Below, piece after piece: positions 20,308-29,759 of a stretch of DNA of 64,000 bases. Position numbers and translations under genes: made by a program. The notes under the pieces are model-generated. The model was not told where the DNA came from and did no database searches. It saw nothing but the letters and a program-made list of their open reading frames with translations. How positions within the stretch are numbered: position 1 is the first letter of the stretch; every line of letters starts with the position of its first letter. Source of the DNA: an uncultured Defluviitaleaceae bacterium (GTDB taxonomy: Bacteria > Bacillota > Clostridia > Lachnospirales > WRBF01); NCBI GenBank assembly GCA_964533945.1, contig CAZHPA010000004.1, positions 15,180-79,179 on the forward strand. The letters run 5' to 3'.

Positions 20308-23300
20308 ATGTTGACGCTGCCGCTTGAACAACTTGAAGCGTTTAACACTTTAATAAAAGATATAGAAAACAAAACAACGCCTGTTTTAGCAACGGGCGTT
20401 GTTGATTCGCAAAAATGCCATTTGGTTTTTTGCCTTTTATATAAGCTTAATAAGTCGAGCGTTATAATTACCCATTCAGAACTTAACGCAAAGCAAATTT
20501 ACGACGATATAGAATATTTTATGAAAGATAAAGTTAAATACTATCCGTCAAAAGATGCGGTTTTTTATAATGCAGATGTTAGAAGCGTTGAAATTACAAA
20601 GCGCAGGCTTCAAGTAGTTGAAAGTTTGCTAAAAGGCGAGCAATGCGTTGTTGTTTTGTCTGCCGAAGCTCTTTTAGATAAACTAACGCCTAAACATATT
20701 TTTAAAAGCTTTATTTTAGAACTTTCTGTAGGAGAACAAATACCAATCGAAAGCTTAATTGAAAAGCTCCAGCTTATAGGCTACGAACGTTCAGATATAG
20801 TTTATTCGCAAGGACAGTATGCCGTTAGAGGCTGTATTGTTGATATTTTCCCAATACTTTCTAATAATGCCATAAGAATTGAATTTTTTGATGATGAAAT
20901 TGATTCAATAAGGTTTTTAGATATAGATTCCCAACGTTCTATTGAAAAAATTAACGACAAAACAGAAATTTTCCCTATGCGAGAGCTTGTATTTAATGAT
21001 GAAAAAATTAAAGAAGTAAAATATACAATTGAAAAAGAATATAAAAAAGCTTACGAAAACTATGTTCAAAAAGGGCTGCATGAAGAAGCAAATAATCTAA
21101 AAAACACTGTTTTTGAAACGCTTGAAAAGCTTGAATATCATAAAAATTTTGCGGGAATTGAAAGCTACGTTAATTATTTTTACAAAAACTCATCAACAAT
21201 TTTAGATTATATTTGCCCTGAAACTATTTTATTTTTCGATGAGCCGCAAAAAATTAGCGAGCATATTAAAAATGTCGACAAGGAACTTAACGAAAACATA
21301 AAAAACAAAATGCTAAAAGGCCTTTTGCTTAAAAATCAAAGTAATTTTGTCTTTTCGTATTCCCATATTTTAACACTTACTCAAAGCTATTGTACAATTT
21401 TGTTTACAATGTTAACACATTCTATCAAAGATTTTATAATAAAAAGAATAATAAACTTTGACGTTAAAACCGTGGGGGTTTTTAAAAACCAAGCAGAACT
21501 TCTTTTCGACGACTTAAAATATTGGAAAGACAACAACTACACAATTGCCGTTTTGGCAGGAGGGCAATCAAGAGGCGAACGGCTTGTTTCGGAAATTAAT
21601 GAAAAAGGCATTCCATGCAAATATTGCGATAACATTTTAAGTGAACAAAATGAGCAAATACCAAAAGGAGTTGTATTTGTTTCAAGCGGAAATTTAAATA
21701 AAGGTTTTGAATATAGGCAAATTAAATTTGTTGTTGTAACGTTAAAAGAATTTTATGGAAACAAGAAAAAGCGCAAACCTTCTAAAAAAACGCATGGGGC
21801 AAAAATTCAAAGCTTTGTTGATTTAAAAATTGGCGATTATATCGTACATGATAACCACGGTATAGGTATTTATAAAGGAATAGAGCAAATAGTTAGAGAT
21901 GGCGTAAGCCGTGACTATTTAAAGCTTTTGTATGCAGATGGCGGTGTTTTATATATACACACCAGCCAAATGGATATGATACAAAAATATATTGGAAGCG
22001 ACAGCGCAAAGCTTAAACTAAACAAACTTTCAAGCGGAGATTTTACGAAAGCCAAGTTAAAAGCAAAAGCCGCAGCAAAAGTTTTAGCTTCAGAGCTTTT
22101 AAGTCTTTATGCAAAGCGGCAAAGCGTTAAAGGTTTTAGTTATTCTAAAGATACTGTTTGGCAGCAAGAATTTGAAGACAGCTTTCCATATGAAGAAACA
22201 GAAGACCAATTAACAGCAATTGCAGACGTTAAAGACGATATGGAATCTGATAAAGTTATGGACAGGCTAATTTGCGGAGATGTTGGGTATGGCAAAACAG
22301 AAATTGCAATTAGGGCAGCATTTAAGGCTGTGCAAGACAATAAGCAGGTTGCATATTTAGTTCCAACAACAATTTTAGCCCAACAACACTACAGCACATT
22401 TACACAGCGCATGAAAGATTTTCCAATATCAATTGAAATGCTTTCACGCTTTAAAACACCAAAGCAGCAAAAAGAAAGTATAGAAAAAATTAAAAACGGC
22501 ATTGCCGACATAGCAATCGGAACGCATAGGCTTTTATCTAAAGACATTAAATTCAAAAACTTAGGGCTTGTTATAATTGATGAGGAACAGCGTTTCGGCG
22601 TAGCCCACAAAGAAAAGCTAAAGCAATTTAAAAAAGATGTTGATGTTTTAACGCTAACAGCAACACCAATTCCAAGAACGCTTCATATGAGCATGATTAG
22701 AATTAGAGATATGAGCATTTTGCAAGAACCGCCGGGAGAGCGCCAGCCAATTCAAACTTATGTTATGGAATATGATTTAGAGCTTGTTAAAGAAGCTATA
22801 AACCGTGAACTTTCAAGAGGCGGGCAAGTTTACTATTTGCATAATAAAGTTAGAAATATTGAAGAAATTGCAAGAAAAATACAGCTTCTTGTTCCCGATG
22901 CAGCCGTTAGTTTTGCACATGGACAAATGTCGGAACACGAGCTTGAATACGTTATGATGGACTTTATAGAAGGCGAAATTGACGTTTTGGTTTGCACAAC
23001 AATAATTGAAACAGGGCTGGATATTCCAAATGTTAACACAATTATAATTCAAGATGCAGACCATATGGGCTTATCACAGCTTTACCAGCTAAGAGGGCGT
23101 GTTGGGCGTTCAAATAGGTTGGCATATGCATATTTAATGTATCGCAAAGATAAAGTACTTGTTGAAAATGCAGAAAAGCGACTTCAAACTATTCGTGAAT
23201 TTACAGAATTTGGTTCTGGTTTTAAAATTGCAATGCGTGATTTGGAAATACGTGGTGCAGGCAGTATTTTGGGCGGAGAACAGCACGGTCATTTAGATGT

Positions 23301-23823
23301 TGTTGGTTATGATATGTATTGTAGGCTGTTGGCAGAAGCCGTTTCAGAGCTTAAAGACGAAAAAGCCCCAGAAACATTTGAAACAACTATAGATATTAAT
23401 ATAAATGCATACATTCCGGCGTTTTATATTGAAAGCGAAGAACAAAAGCTTGAAATATACAAGAAAATAGCTTCAATATCAAATATGCACGATTACTATG
23501 ATGTTTGGGAAGAAATTGAAGACCGATTCGGAAACATTCCTGTTAGCGTTCAAAACCTTTTAGAAATTGCGTTGTTAAAAGCATACGCACACAAAGCCGA
23601 AATTGTTTCTGTAGTTCAAAAGCAAGGCACTATTGTTATGACATTTAAAGAAAATGCAAATGTTGATATTTTAAAAATATTTGAAATTACAAACAATAAT
23701 AAAGAAAAGCTTCTTTTTTCAACAAAAGGAACACCTACTCTTGTTTACGGCAAAGTTTTAGATATTAAAAATGCTTTAAAAGAAATTAGAGGCTATTTAA
23801 CAGAACTTGAATGCTTTAACTAA
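20308..23823 (+). CDS. mfd: Transcription-repair coupling factor
   Basis: About 1170 aa with a CarD-like segment (GDYIVHDNHGIGIY) and superfamily-2 helicase motifs (GDVGYGKTE, DEEQRFG, TATPIPRT, QLRGRVGRS). ATG at 20308 follows AAGGAAG; ATG at 20287 is an alternative start. Confidence 0.95.
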   Translation: MLTLPLEQLEAFNTLIKDIENKTTPVLATGVVDSQKCHLVFCLLYKLNKSSVIITHSELNAKQIYDDIEYFMKDKVKYYPSKDAVFYNADVRSVEITKRRLQVVESLLKGEQCVVVLSAEALLDKLTPKHIFKSFILELSVGEQIPIESLIEKLQLIGYERSDIVYSQGQYAVRGCIVDIFPILSNNAIRIEFFDDEIDSIRFLDIDSQRSIEKINDKTEIFPMRELVFNDEKIKEVKYTIEKEYKKAYENYVQKGLHEEANNLKNTVFETLEKLEYHKNFAGIESYVNYFYKNSSTILDYICPETILFFDEPQKISEHIKNVDKELNENIKNKMLKGLLLKNQSNFVFSYSHILTLTQSYCTILFTMLTHSIKDFIIKRIINFDVKTVGVFKNQAELLFDDLKYWKDNNYTIAVLAGGQSRGERLVSEINEKGIPCKYCDNILSEQNEQIPKGVVFVSSGNLNKGFEYRQIKFVVVTLKEFYGNKKKRKPSKKTHGAKIQSFVDLKIGDYIVHDNHGIGIYKGIEQIVRDGVSRDYLKLLYADGGVLYIHTSQMDMIQKYIGSDSAKLKLNKLSSGDFTKAKLKAKAAAKVLASELLSLYAKRQSVKGFSYSKDTVWQQEFEDSFPYEETEDQLTAIADVKDDMESDKVMDRLICGDVGYGKTEIAIRAAFKAVQDNKQVAYLVPTTILAQQHYSTFTQRMKDFPISIEMLSRFKTPKQQKESIEKIKNGIADIAIGTHRLLSKDIKFKNLGLVIIDEEQRFGVAHKEKLKQFKKDVDVLTLTATPIPRTLHMSMIRIRDMSILQEPPGERQPIQTYVMEYDLELVKEAINRELSRGGQVYYLHNKVRNIEEIARKIQLLVPDAAVSFAHGQMSEHELEYVMMDFIEGEIDVLVCTTIIETGLDIPNVNTIIIQDADHMGLSQLYQLRGRVGRSNRLAYAYLMYRKDKVLVENAEKRLQTIREFTEFGSGFKIAMRDLEIRGAGSILGGEQHGHLDVVGYDMYCRLLAEAVSELKDEKAPETFETTIDININAYIPAFYIESEEQKLEIYKKIASISNMHDYYDVWEEIEDRFGNIPVSVQNLLEIALLKAYAHKAEIVSVVQKQGTIVMTFKENANVDILKIFEITNNNKEKLLFSTKGTPTLVYGKVLDIKNALKEIRGYLTELECFN

Positions 23824-23830
23824 AGCTAAA

Positions 23831-23867
23831 ACCATAAAAGAGAATATCGTTCTCTTTTTTTATGGTA
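23831..23867 (+). terminator. Putative intrinsic terminator after mfd
   Basis: ACCATAAAAGAGAA-TATCG-TTCTCTTTTTTTATGGT long hairpin containing a T-run. Confidence 0.55.
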
Positions 23868-23902
23868 TTATAAGGCGAATAACATTAAGAGGAGTTTTTA
23901 CT

Positions 23903-25216
23903 TTGAATTACACACAATCCCTTGAATATTTAGAAAATATATATAAATCAAATTCCCAAAGAAATATGCAATCTCTTTTAAAAGTGCTTGATAAGTTAGG
24001 AAATCCACAAGATAAATTAAAAGTAATTCATGTTGCAGGAACAAACGGCAAGGGTTCAACTTGTGCTATGCTTACAAGTATTTTAATTGAAGCCGGATAT
24101 AAAGTAGGAACATTCACATCACCACACCTTGAAACGTATAATGAACGAATTACAATTAACAATATAATGATTTCAGATGAAGACTTAGCCAACCAGATTT
24201 CGTTAGTTGAAGAAACAGTTAAATTAACCGAAACTTCACTGTCTTTTTTTGAAGTATTTACAGTTGCAACATACAACTATTTATTTAAGCAGCAAGTTGA
24301 TATAGCAATAATTGAAGTTGGCTTAGGGGGAAGGCTTGACTGCACAAACGTAGTTAAAAGCCCCATTCTTTCAGTTATAACATCAATAAGCTACGACCAC
24401 ATGAAGCTTTTGGGAAATACGCTTGAACAAATTACAAAAGAAAAGGCAGGAATAATTAAAAAAAATTGCCCTGTTGTGTTGTATAGTGCAATTGATAAGG
24501 TGTATAATGTAGTTTATGAAACCGCAATGCAAAATAATAGCAAGCTTTATCATTTGAAATGGGAAGACTTTTCTATAGACATTAAACAATTAACTGTTGA
24601 ACAAACTAATTTTTCCATTACAAGTCGTTTTTTTAACTATAATGATTTAACAATTAGGCTTTTAGGTAAGTATCAAATATATAATGCTTCTAATTTGCTT
24701 CTTTGTATTTATGCACTTAAACAAGCAGGAATCATAATAGAAGACAAAGCTTTGAAACAGGGGCTTTTAAAGGCAAAATGGGCAGGAAGAATGGAAGTTG
24801 TGCAAATTGCGCAAGAAATGCCTCCAATTATTTTAGACGGCGCCCATAACTATGATGGGGTTTTAGCATATTGCCAATCTATGAAGGAATATTTTAAGCA
24901 TAAAAATATAACTTTAGTTGTTGGATTTTTGGGAGATAAACAGTTTGACAAAATGCTTAGAAGCCTGGCTTTAATAGCAAATACAATAATTTTAACAGAA
25001 CCTAATAACAAACGTGCGCTTTCGGCTGATGTTCTATACGAAACCTTTAAAACTTTTGAAAAAGAAATTAAAGAAAAGAAACACATTATTATCCAAAAAG
25101 ACTATAAAAACGCAATTAACACCGCACTTGACATAACTTTAAATAGTGATATTATTTCAGTAGTAGGTTCATTGTATTTGGTTGGAGATGTTAAAGCTTA
25201 TTTAGCGAAAGGGTGA
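23903..25216 (+). CDS. folC: Bifunctional folylpolyglutamate synthase / dihydrofolate synthase
   Basis: Mur-ligase P-loop HVAGTNGKGST, SPHL motif and DGAHN motif. TTG at 23903 follows AAGAGGAG and lies downstream of the mfd terminator, so the ORF-track start at 23807 is rejected. Confidence 0.9.
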   Translation: MNYTQSLEYLENIYKSNSQRNMQSLLKVLDKLGNPQDKLKVIHVAGTNGKGSTCAMLTSILIEAGYKVGTFTSPHLETYNERITINNIMISDEDLANQISLVEETVKLTETSLSFFEVFTVATYNYLFKQQVDIAIIEVGLGGRLDCTNVVKSPILSVITSISYDHMKLLGNTLEQITKEKAGIIKKNCPVVLYSAIDKVYNVVYETAMQNNSKLYHLKWEDFSIDIKQLTVEQTNFSITSRFFNYNDLTIRLLGKYQIYNASNLLLCIYALKQAGIIIEDKALKQGLLKAKWAGRMEVVQIAQEMPPIILDGAHNYDGVLAYCQSMKEYFKHKNITLVVGFLGDKQFDKMLRSLALIANTIILTEPNNKRALSADVLYETFKTFEKEIKEKKHIIIQKDYKNAINTALDITLNSDIISVVGSLYLVGDVKAYLAKG

Positions 25217-25223
25217 TTAATAT

Positions 25224-25373
25224 ATGATAGATTTCAAGGAGGAACTGCAAAAATATAAGCCTATATTAAATGTTGATGAAGTGGAAAAAGCTGTGTATTC
25301 TGATGAAATTCGTGATATAATGGACTTAATGCAGCAAATTTCAAACAAAGTATCAGCTGCCGAAAGGAAGTAG
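25224..25373 (+). CDS. Small hypothetical protein (49 aa), absent from the ORF track
   Basis: ATG lies 8 nt after AAAGGGTGA. The product MIDFKEELQKYKPILNVDEVEKAVYSDEIRDIMDLMQQISNKVSAAERK is helical and charged. The ORF fits exactly between folC and the next gene on the same strand. Confidence 0.4.
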   Translation: MIDFKEELQKYKPILNVDEVEKAVYSDEIRDIMDLMQQISNKVSAAERK

Positions 25374-25379
25374 AGTAAG

Positions 25380-26759
25380 GTGTATTGTCCAAAATGCAGC
25401 AGTACAATTTTTGGCACAAAATGCCCTTCGTGCGGAATAGACACGCTTATTTATAAAAAAATAATTAATTTGTCTAACACTTTATATAACAAAGGGCTTT
25501 CCCAAGCAAAAATTAAAGACTTATCAGGCGCAATTGAAAGCTTAAATAAAAGCGTTATGTTTAATAAAAATAATACAGATGCAAGAAATTTGCTTGGGTT
25601 AATTTTTTATGAAACAGGAAAAATAGGAGAGGCACTTAAGCAATGGGTTATTAGTGCTTCTCTTGATAAAAAAGAAAATTTGGCACAACAATATATTAAC
25701 GAAATTCAAAAAGATGCAAGAATGCTCGAAAAACTAAATGATGCCGTTAATATGTATAATCAAGCTATTGTATATGTTCAGCAAAAGAATGAAGATATGG
25801 CAATAATACAGCTTAAAAAAGCATTAGACTTAAACCCTAAATTTATTGATGCAATGAATTTACTTTCACTTTGCTTTCTTTTGCAAGAAACTAAAACTAA
25901 AGCAATAGCATATGTAGAGCGCGTGCTTTCTCAAGATACAAAAAACCCAATAGCATTAGGCTATGCAAACGAATTATCTTTTAAAGCCGCTTTGCAAAAT
26001 CCTCAAAGTGTTCCAAACAAAGTTTCAAAAACTGCTCCGCCAAAAGCTCCGGTTAATACTGTTAAAGAAAAAAGTTTTTCAAATAAATTTTATTTAAGCG
26101 AAATAATTAGCTTTATAGTAGGAGGACTTTGTGCCGTTTTAATAATTTATGCACTTGTCATTCCGGATGTTACGAAAAAAAGCGAATTGTCTATTTCGGA
26201 GTTAAAGTTAAGCTTAGATGGGGCAAATCAAATTTTAGCCGACACTATATCTAAAAACAACGAAAAAAATAGCTCGCTTGAAGCAGAAATTAAAAGGCTT
26301 AATGATGAGGTTAAAACGCAAAACGAACAAATTTATGTTTACGAAAGACTGCAAATAGTTGCCAATGCTTCTAAACTAATGTTTGAAAAAAATTATATTA
26401 GCGCCGCCGATTTATTGCATTCTGCAGATTTAAAGGGAATACCCCAAGATGTTTTGGAGCAAGCAGAAGAAATGAAAAAAGAAGCATATAAACAAGCAGC
26501 AACAACACTATACAGCGACGGAGTTAATCAATATAACAGAAAAGAATACGAGGAAGCAAAAGTTACGCTTACAAAATCACTAAAATACAATGAAAAAGAA
26601 ACGGCAGATAAAATAATATACTATTTAGGAATGACAGCAAAAGCACTTGAAAACACAGCCGAAGCAAGGCAGCATTTTCAGACGGTTGTTGATGAATACC
26701 CTAATTCGTCGCAATTTTATCGTGCAAAAAACGAATTGTCAAGATTGCCTAGCAGTTAA
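25380..26759 (+). CDS. Zinc-ribbon / TPR-repeat protein with a central TM segment and coiled coil
   Basis: N-terminal CPKCSS...CPSCG zinc ribbon, TPR-like repeats, TM segment IISFIVGGLCAVLIIYALVI, and C-terminal TPR-like repeats. Confidence 0.6.
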   Translation: MYCPKCSSTIFGTKCPSCGIDTLIYKKIINLSNTLYNKGLSQAKIKDLSGAIESLNKSVMFNKNNTDARNLLGLIFYETGKIGEALKQWVISASLDKKENLAQQYINEIQKDARMLEKLNDAVNMYNQAIVYVQQKNEDMAIIQLKKALDLNPKFIDAMNLLSLCFLLQETKTKAIAYVERVLSQDTKNPIALGYANELSFKAALQNPQSVPNKVSKTAPPKAPVNTVKEKSFSNKFYLSEIISFIVGGLCAVLIIYALVIPDVTKKSELSISELKLSLDGANQILADTISKNNEKNSSLEAEIKRLNDEVKTQNEQIYVYERLQIVANASKLMFEKNYISAADLLHSADLKGIPQDVLEQAEEMKKEAYKQAATTLYSDGVNQYNRKEYEEAKVTLTKSLKYNEKETADKIIYYLGMTAKALENTAEARQHFQTVVDEYPNSSQFYRAKNELSRLPSS

Positions 26760-26780
26760 ATTTTAAGGGAGGTGTTTGCT

Positions 26781-27191
26781 ATGCGTACACAAATAATTGA
26801 ATATACCAAAATTGCATCATATTTTTTATGGGAATATACAAATTACGACAACCCGCTTTGTCATTGGTATTGCTCTGAAGATATTGCTTGTGTTTTAGAA
26901 AAAATGGGAATTTTAACGTTTGAGCAAATAGCAGAATTTAAGAAAATGAGCAAATATGATTTTGCTTATATTGAATTTATTCGGAAAATAGCTTTTATGA
27001 TTTTCACATATACAAATATAAAAGATAATGTTGCCAATTGGTTTTATGCCGAAAGGCTTATATCAACCAATGAATGGTGCGATGCAATTACAAAAATGTC
27101 GAGCATTTATTCAAGAGAAAAAGAAAGTTTAGAATTTATTTCTAAGCTTCGTTCAGAAAAAGTTAGGGTATACTACCAAAGCTTGTTATAA
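26781..27191 (+). CDS. Hypothetical protein
   Basis: ATG at 26781 follows GGGAGGTG. No recognisable motif. Confidence 0.5.
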   Translation: MRTQIIEYTKIASYFLWEYTNYDNPLCHWYCSEDIACVLEKMGILTFEQIAEFKKMSKYDFAYIEFIRKIAFMIFTYTNIKDNVANWFYAERLISTNEWCDAITKMSSIYSREKESLEFISKLRSEKVRVYYQSLL

Positions 27192-27308
27192 TTATAGTTG
27201 TTTTGCTTTAATTTTTTTAGTTTTATTATTCAATTTCCGCAAACAAATTTAAAACTTCTTCGTATATATAATCAAATAAGGTTAATAAATTATGAGGAGG
27301 AAAATTTA

Positions 27309-27671
27309 ATGTCGGATTTAAAAATATTTGATAAAGGCGCACCAGGCAGAGTTGCTTTTGGGCTTACCGAAAACGTTGCTTCAACGCTGTCATATGCAGG
27401 GTTTTTTATAACAGGCATTGTGTTTTTAGTTTGCGAAAGAGAAAATAAATTCGTTAGATTTAATGCATTGCAATCAATAATTACTTTTGGCGCATTGTCA
27501 CTTGCTATTTCAATTGCTTCGGCAGTTCCACTTCTTGGAGGAATTGTTGCTTGGGCATTAGGAACTGTTCAAACACTTTTATGGTTATTTTTAATGTATA
27601 ACGCTATTTTGGGCAAAACATTTAAAGTGCCTTTAATCGGAGATACAATTTGGTCACAAATTTATAAATAA
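27309..27671 (+). CDS. DUF4870-like small membrane protein
   Basis: ATG at 27309 follows GGAGGA. It has three TM segments and the YAGFFITGIVFLV-ERENKFVRFNALQS motif that I associate with DUF4870. Confidence 0.6.
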   Translation: MSDLKIFDKGAPGRVAFGLTENVASTLSYAGFFITGIVFLVCERENKFVRFNALQSIITFGALSLAISIASAVPLLGGIVAWALGTVQTLLWLFLMYNAILGKTFKVPLIGDTIWSQIYK

Positions 27672-27686
27672 TTAGTAATTATACAC

Positions 27687-27715
27687 TTGACAATTTTATT
27701 AAATTAACTTAAAAT
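27687..27715 (+). promoter_or_regulatory. Putative sigma-A promoter for the ABC-F gene
   Basis: TTGACA, 17 nt, TAAAAT. Confidence 0.4.
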
Positions 27716-27773
27716 TAACAATTAGTGCATATAATGCAAAGTTTCCCTTGACAAAACATAGGAAGAAATCAAA

Positions 27774-29681
27774 ATGATACTTTCATTAAAAAACATAACA
27801 AAATTATTCGGCACCGACGAAGTACTTAAAGATATTTCATTTAATGTTGGTGAGCGTGAAAAAATAGCAATTGTCGGAGTAAATGGTGCCGGTAAAACTA
27901 CACTGTTTAAAATTATTACAGAACAGCTTTTAAAAGACGGCGGAGATATTATATTATCAAAAGGAGTATCTATAGGATACTTGCCGCAAATTAGCGAAAT
28001 GGAGAGCAAGAACAATGTTTACGATGAAATGCTCTCCGTTTTTGCTTATTTAATTCAGCTTGAACAAGACATAAGGCAGCTTGAGCATGAAATGTCTTTA
28101 ATTAAAGATGAAAACAGACAAAAGAAAGAAAACGAACAGCTAATGCTTAAATATAGCCGCCTTTTAGAAGAATTTGAAGCAAAAAAAGGCTATGAATATA
28201 AAAGTCGTGTGCGTGGAGTTGTTCGTGGACTTGGGTTTTCGGATGAAGAAAGTATGCAAATTGTTTCAACACTTTCGGGCGGAGAAAAAACCCGTGTTGC
28301 GCTAGGCAAACTGCTTTTAACACAGCCAAACCTTCTTCTTTTAGACGAACCAACAAACCATTTAGATATTAACGCCATAGAATGGCTTGAAGACTTTTTA
28401 AAAAACTATAGTAAAAGCGTTCTAATAATTTCCCACGACAGATATTTTCTTAACAGAGTAATAACAAAAGTAATCGAAATAGAAAACGGAAGTTCAGTAG
28501 TCTACGATGGCGACTACTCATTTTTTGCGTCCAAAAAAGAAATAGACAGGCAAGTTGCCTTAAAACATTATTTAAACCAGCAAAAAGAAATAAAACGCCA
28601 AGAAGATATTATTAAAAAGCTTAGGTCTTTTAACCGTGAAAAGTCTATAAAACGTGCAGAAAGCCGTGAAAAACTTCTTTCTAAACTTGAAAGAGTTGAA
28701 AAGCCAAACGAACTCCCCGAAAAAATGAGAATATCCCTTACCCCAAAAAAAGAAAGCGGAAACGATGTTTTTTCTGTAATATGCCTTTCAAAATATTTTG
28801 AAGACGAAATGCTTTTTAAAAATATAAGCTTTGATATTAAAAAAGGGGAAAAAATTGCCCTTATAGGCCCTAATGGAGTTGGAAAAACAACGCTTCTTAG
28901 AATTATGTTAAATAGACTTAGCTATAATAGCGGCGAAATTAAAAAAGGTGTTGGCGTAACAATTGGCTATTATGACCAAGAGCACCAAAATTTAGAAGAA
29001 GATAATACTCTTTTTGATGAATTAAAAAATGCATATCCCAATTTAACTGATTTAGAAGTTAGAAATGCGTTGGCGGCTTTTATGTTTACAGAAGATGATG
29101 TTTTTAAGCAAATTAAAACATTAAGTGGCGGAGAAAGAGGTAGAGTTTCTCTTGCTAAAATAATGCTTTCAAATGCAAACTTTTTAATTTTAGACGAGCC
29201 GACAAACCATCTTGACATGTATTCAAAAGAAATTTTAGAAGAAACTATAAGAAATTATACGGGAACTGTCTTTTACGTTTCCCATGACCGTTATTTTATA
29301 AATAACACAGCAGAAAAAGTTTTAGAGCTTCGCAAAGACGGCGTTAGTAAGTTTTTGGGAAATTATGATTACTACGTTGAAAAGAAAGCCGAAAACAAAC
29401 AATTAAGCATTGAAACAAATGCCGAATTGCCAACGGGCAAAAATGATTATAAGCAAAAGAAAGACGACCAAAGCGAAAAACGCCGCATTAAAAACTTGAT
29501 TTTAAAAACTGAAAAAAATATTAAAGAAGCAGAAGCAAGATTAAGCGAACTTGATAATCTTCTGCTAAAAGAAGAAATATGCACAAACCATTTAGAACTT
29601 GAAAAAATATATAATGAAAAAGAAGCTGTCGAAAATAAACTATATGAATTATATGAGTTGTTAGAAAAAACAAGTAATTAA
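27774..29681 (+). CDS. ABC-F family ATPase (Uup/YfmR-like, two ABC domains, no TM domain, C-terminal coiled coil)
   Basis: Two Walker A motifs (GVNGAGKTT, GPNGVGKTT), two LSGGE signatures, an inter-domain linker and a lysine-rich C-terminal extension. Confidence 0.9.
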   Translation: MILSLKNITKLFGTDEVLKDISFNVGEREKIAIVGVNGAGKTTLFKIITEQLLKDGGDIILSKGVSIGYLPQISEMESKNNVYDEMLSVFAYLIQLEQDIRQLEHEMSLIKDENRQKKENEQLMLKYSRLLEEFEAKKGYEYKSRVRGVVRGLGFSDEESMQIVSTLSGGEKTRVALGKLLLTQPNLLLLDEPTNHLDINAIEWLEDFLKNYSKSVLIISHDRYFLNRVITKVIEIENGSSVVYDGDYSFFASKKEIDRQVALKHYLNQQKEIKRQEDIIKKLRSFNREKSIKRAESREKLLSKLERVEKPNELPEKMRISLTPKKESGNDVFSVICLSKYFEDEMLFKNISFDIKKGEKIALIGPNGVGKTTLLRIMLNRLSYNSGEIKKGVGVTIGYYDQEHQNLEEDNTLFDELKNAYPNLTDLEVRNALAAFMFTEDDVFKQIKTLSGGERGRVSLAKIMLSNANFLILDEPTNHLDMYSKEILEETIRNYTGTVFYVSHDRYFINNTAEKVLELRKDGVSKFLGNYDYYVEKKAENKQLSIETNAELPTGKNDYKQKKDDQSEKRRIKNLILKTEKNIKEAEARLSELDNLLLKEEICTNHLELEKIYNEKEAVENKLYELYELLEKTSN

Positions 29682-29697
29682 AAGAAAAAAAGAATTT

Positions 29698-29758
29698 GCC
29701 AATTTATCTCCCAACCATTTAATATATAAAAAGATGGGAGAATTATTGGCATTTTTTT
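29698..29758. terminator. Putative bidirectional terminator between the convergent ABC-F and GH3 genes
   Basis: GCCAAT..TCTCCCA / TGGGAGA..ATTGGC interrupted stem flanked by an A-run upstream and a T-run downstream. Confidence 0.55.
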
Positions 29759-29759
29759 G

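Noticed and set aside
25217-25444. 75-aa minus-strand ORF between folC and the TPR gene
   Set aside because: It is antisense to a better-supported + strand 49-codon ORF with an SD and to the start of the TPR gene. It has no SD of its own.
27774-29681. ABC-F protein as an antibiotic-resistance (ARE) determinant
   Set aside because: The leader is only about 60 nt, with no leader peptide or attenuator of the kind seen for vmlR, msr or lsa-type genes. The domain layout with a long C-terminal coiled coil fits housekeeping Uup/YfmR-like ABC-F proteins equally well. This cannot be decided without phylogeny.
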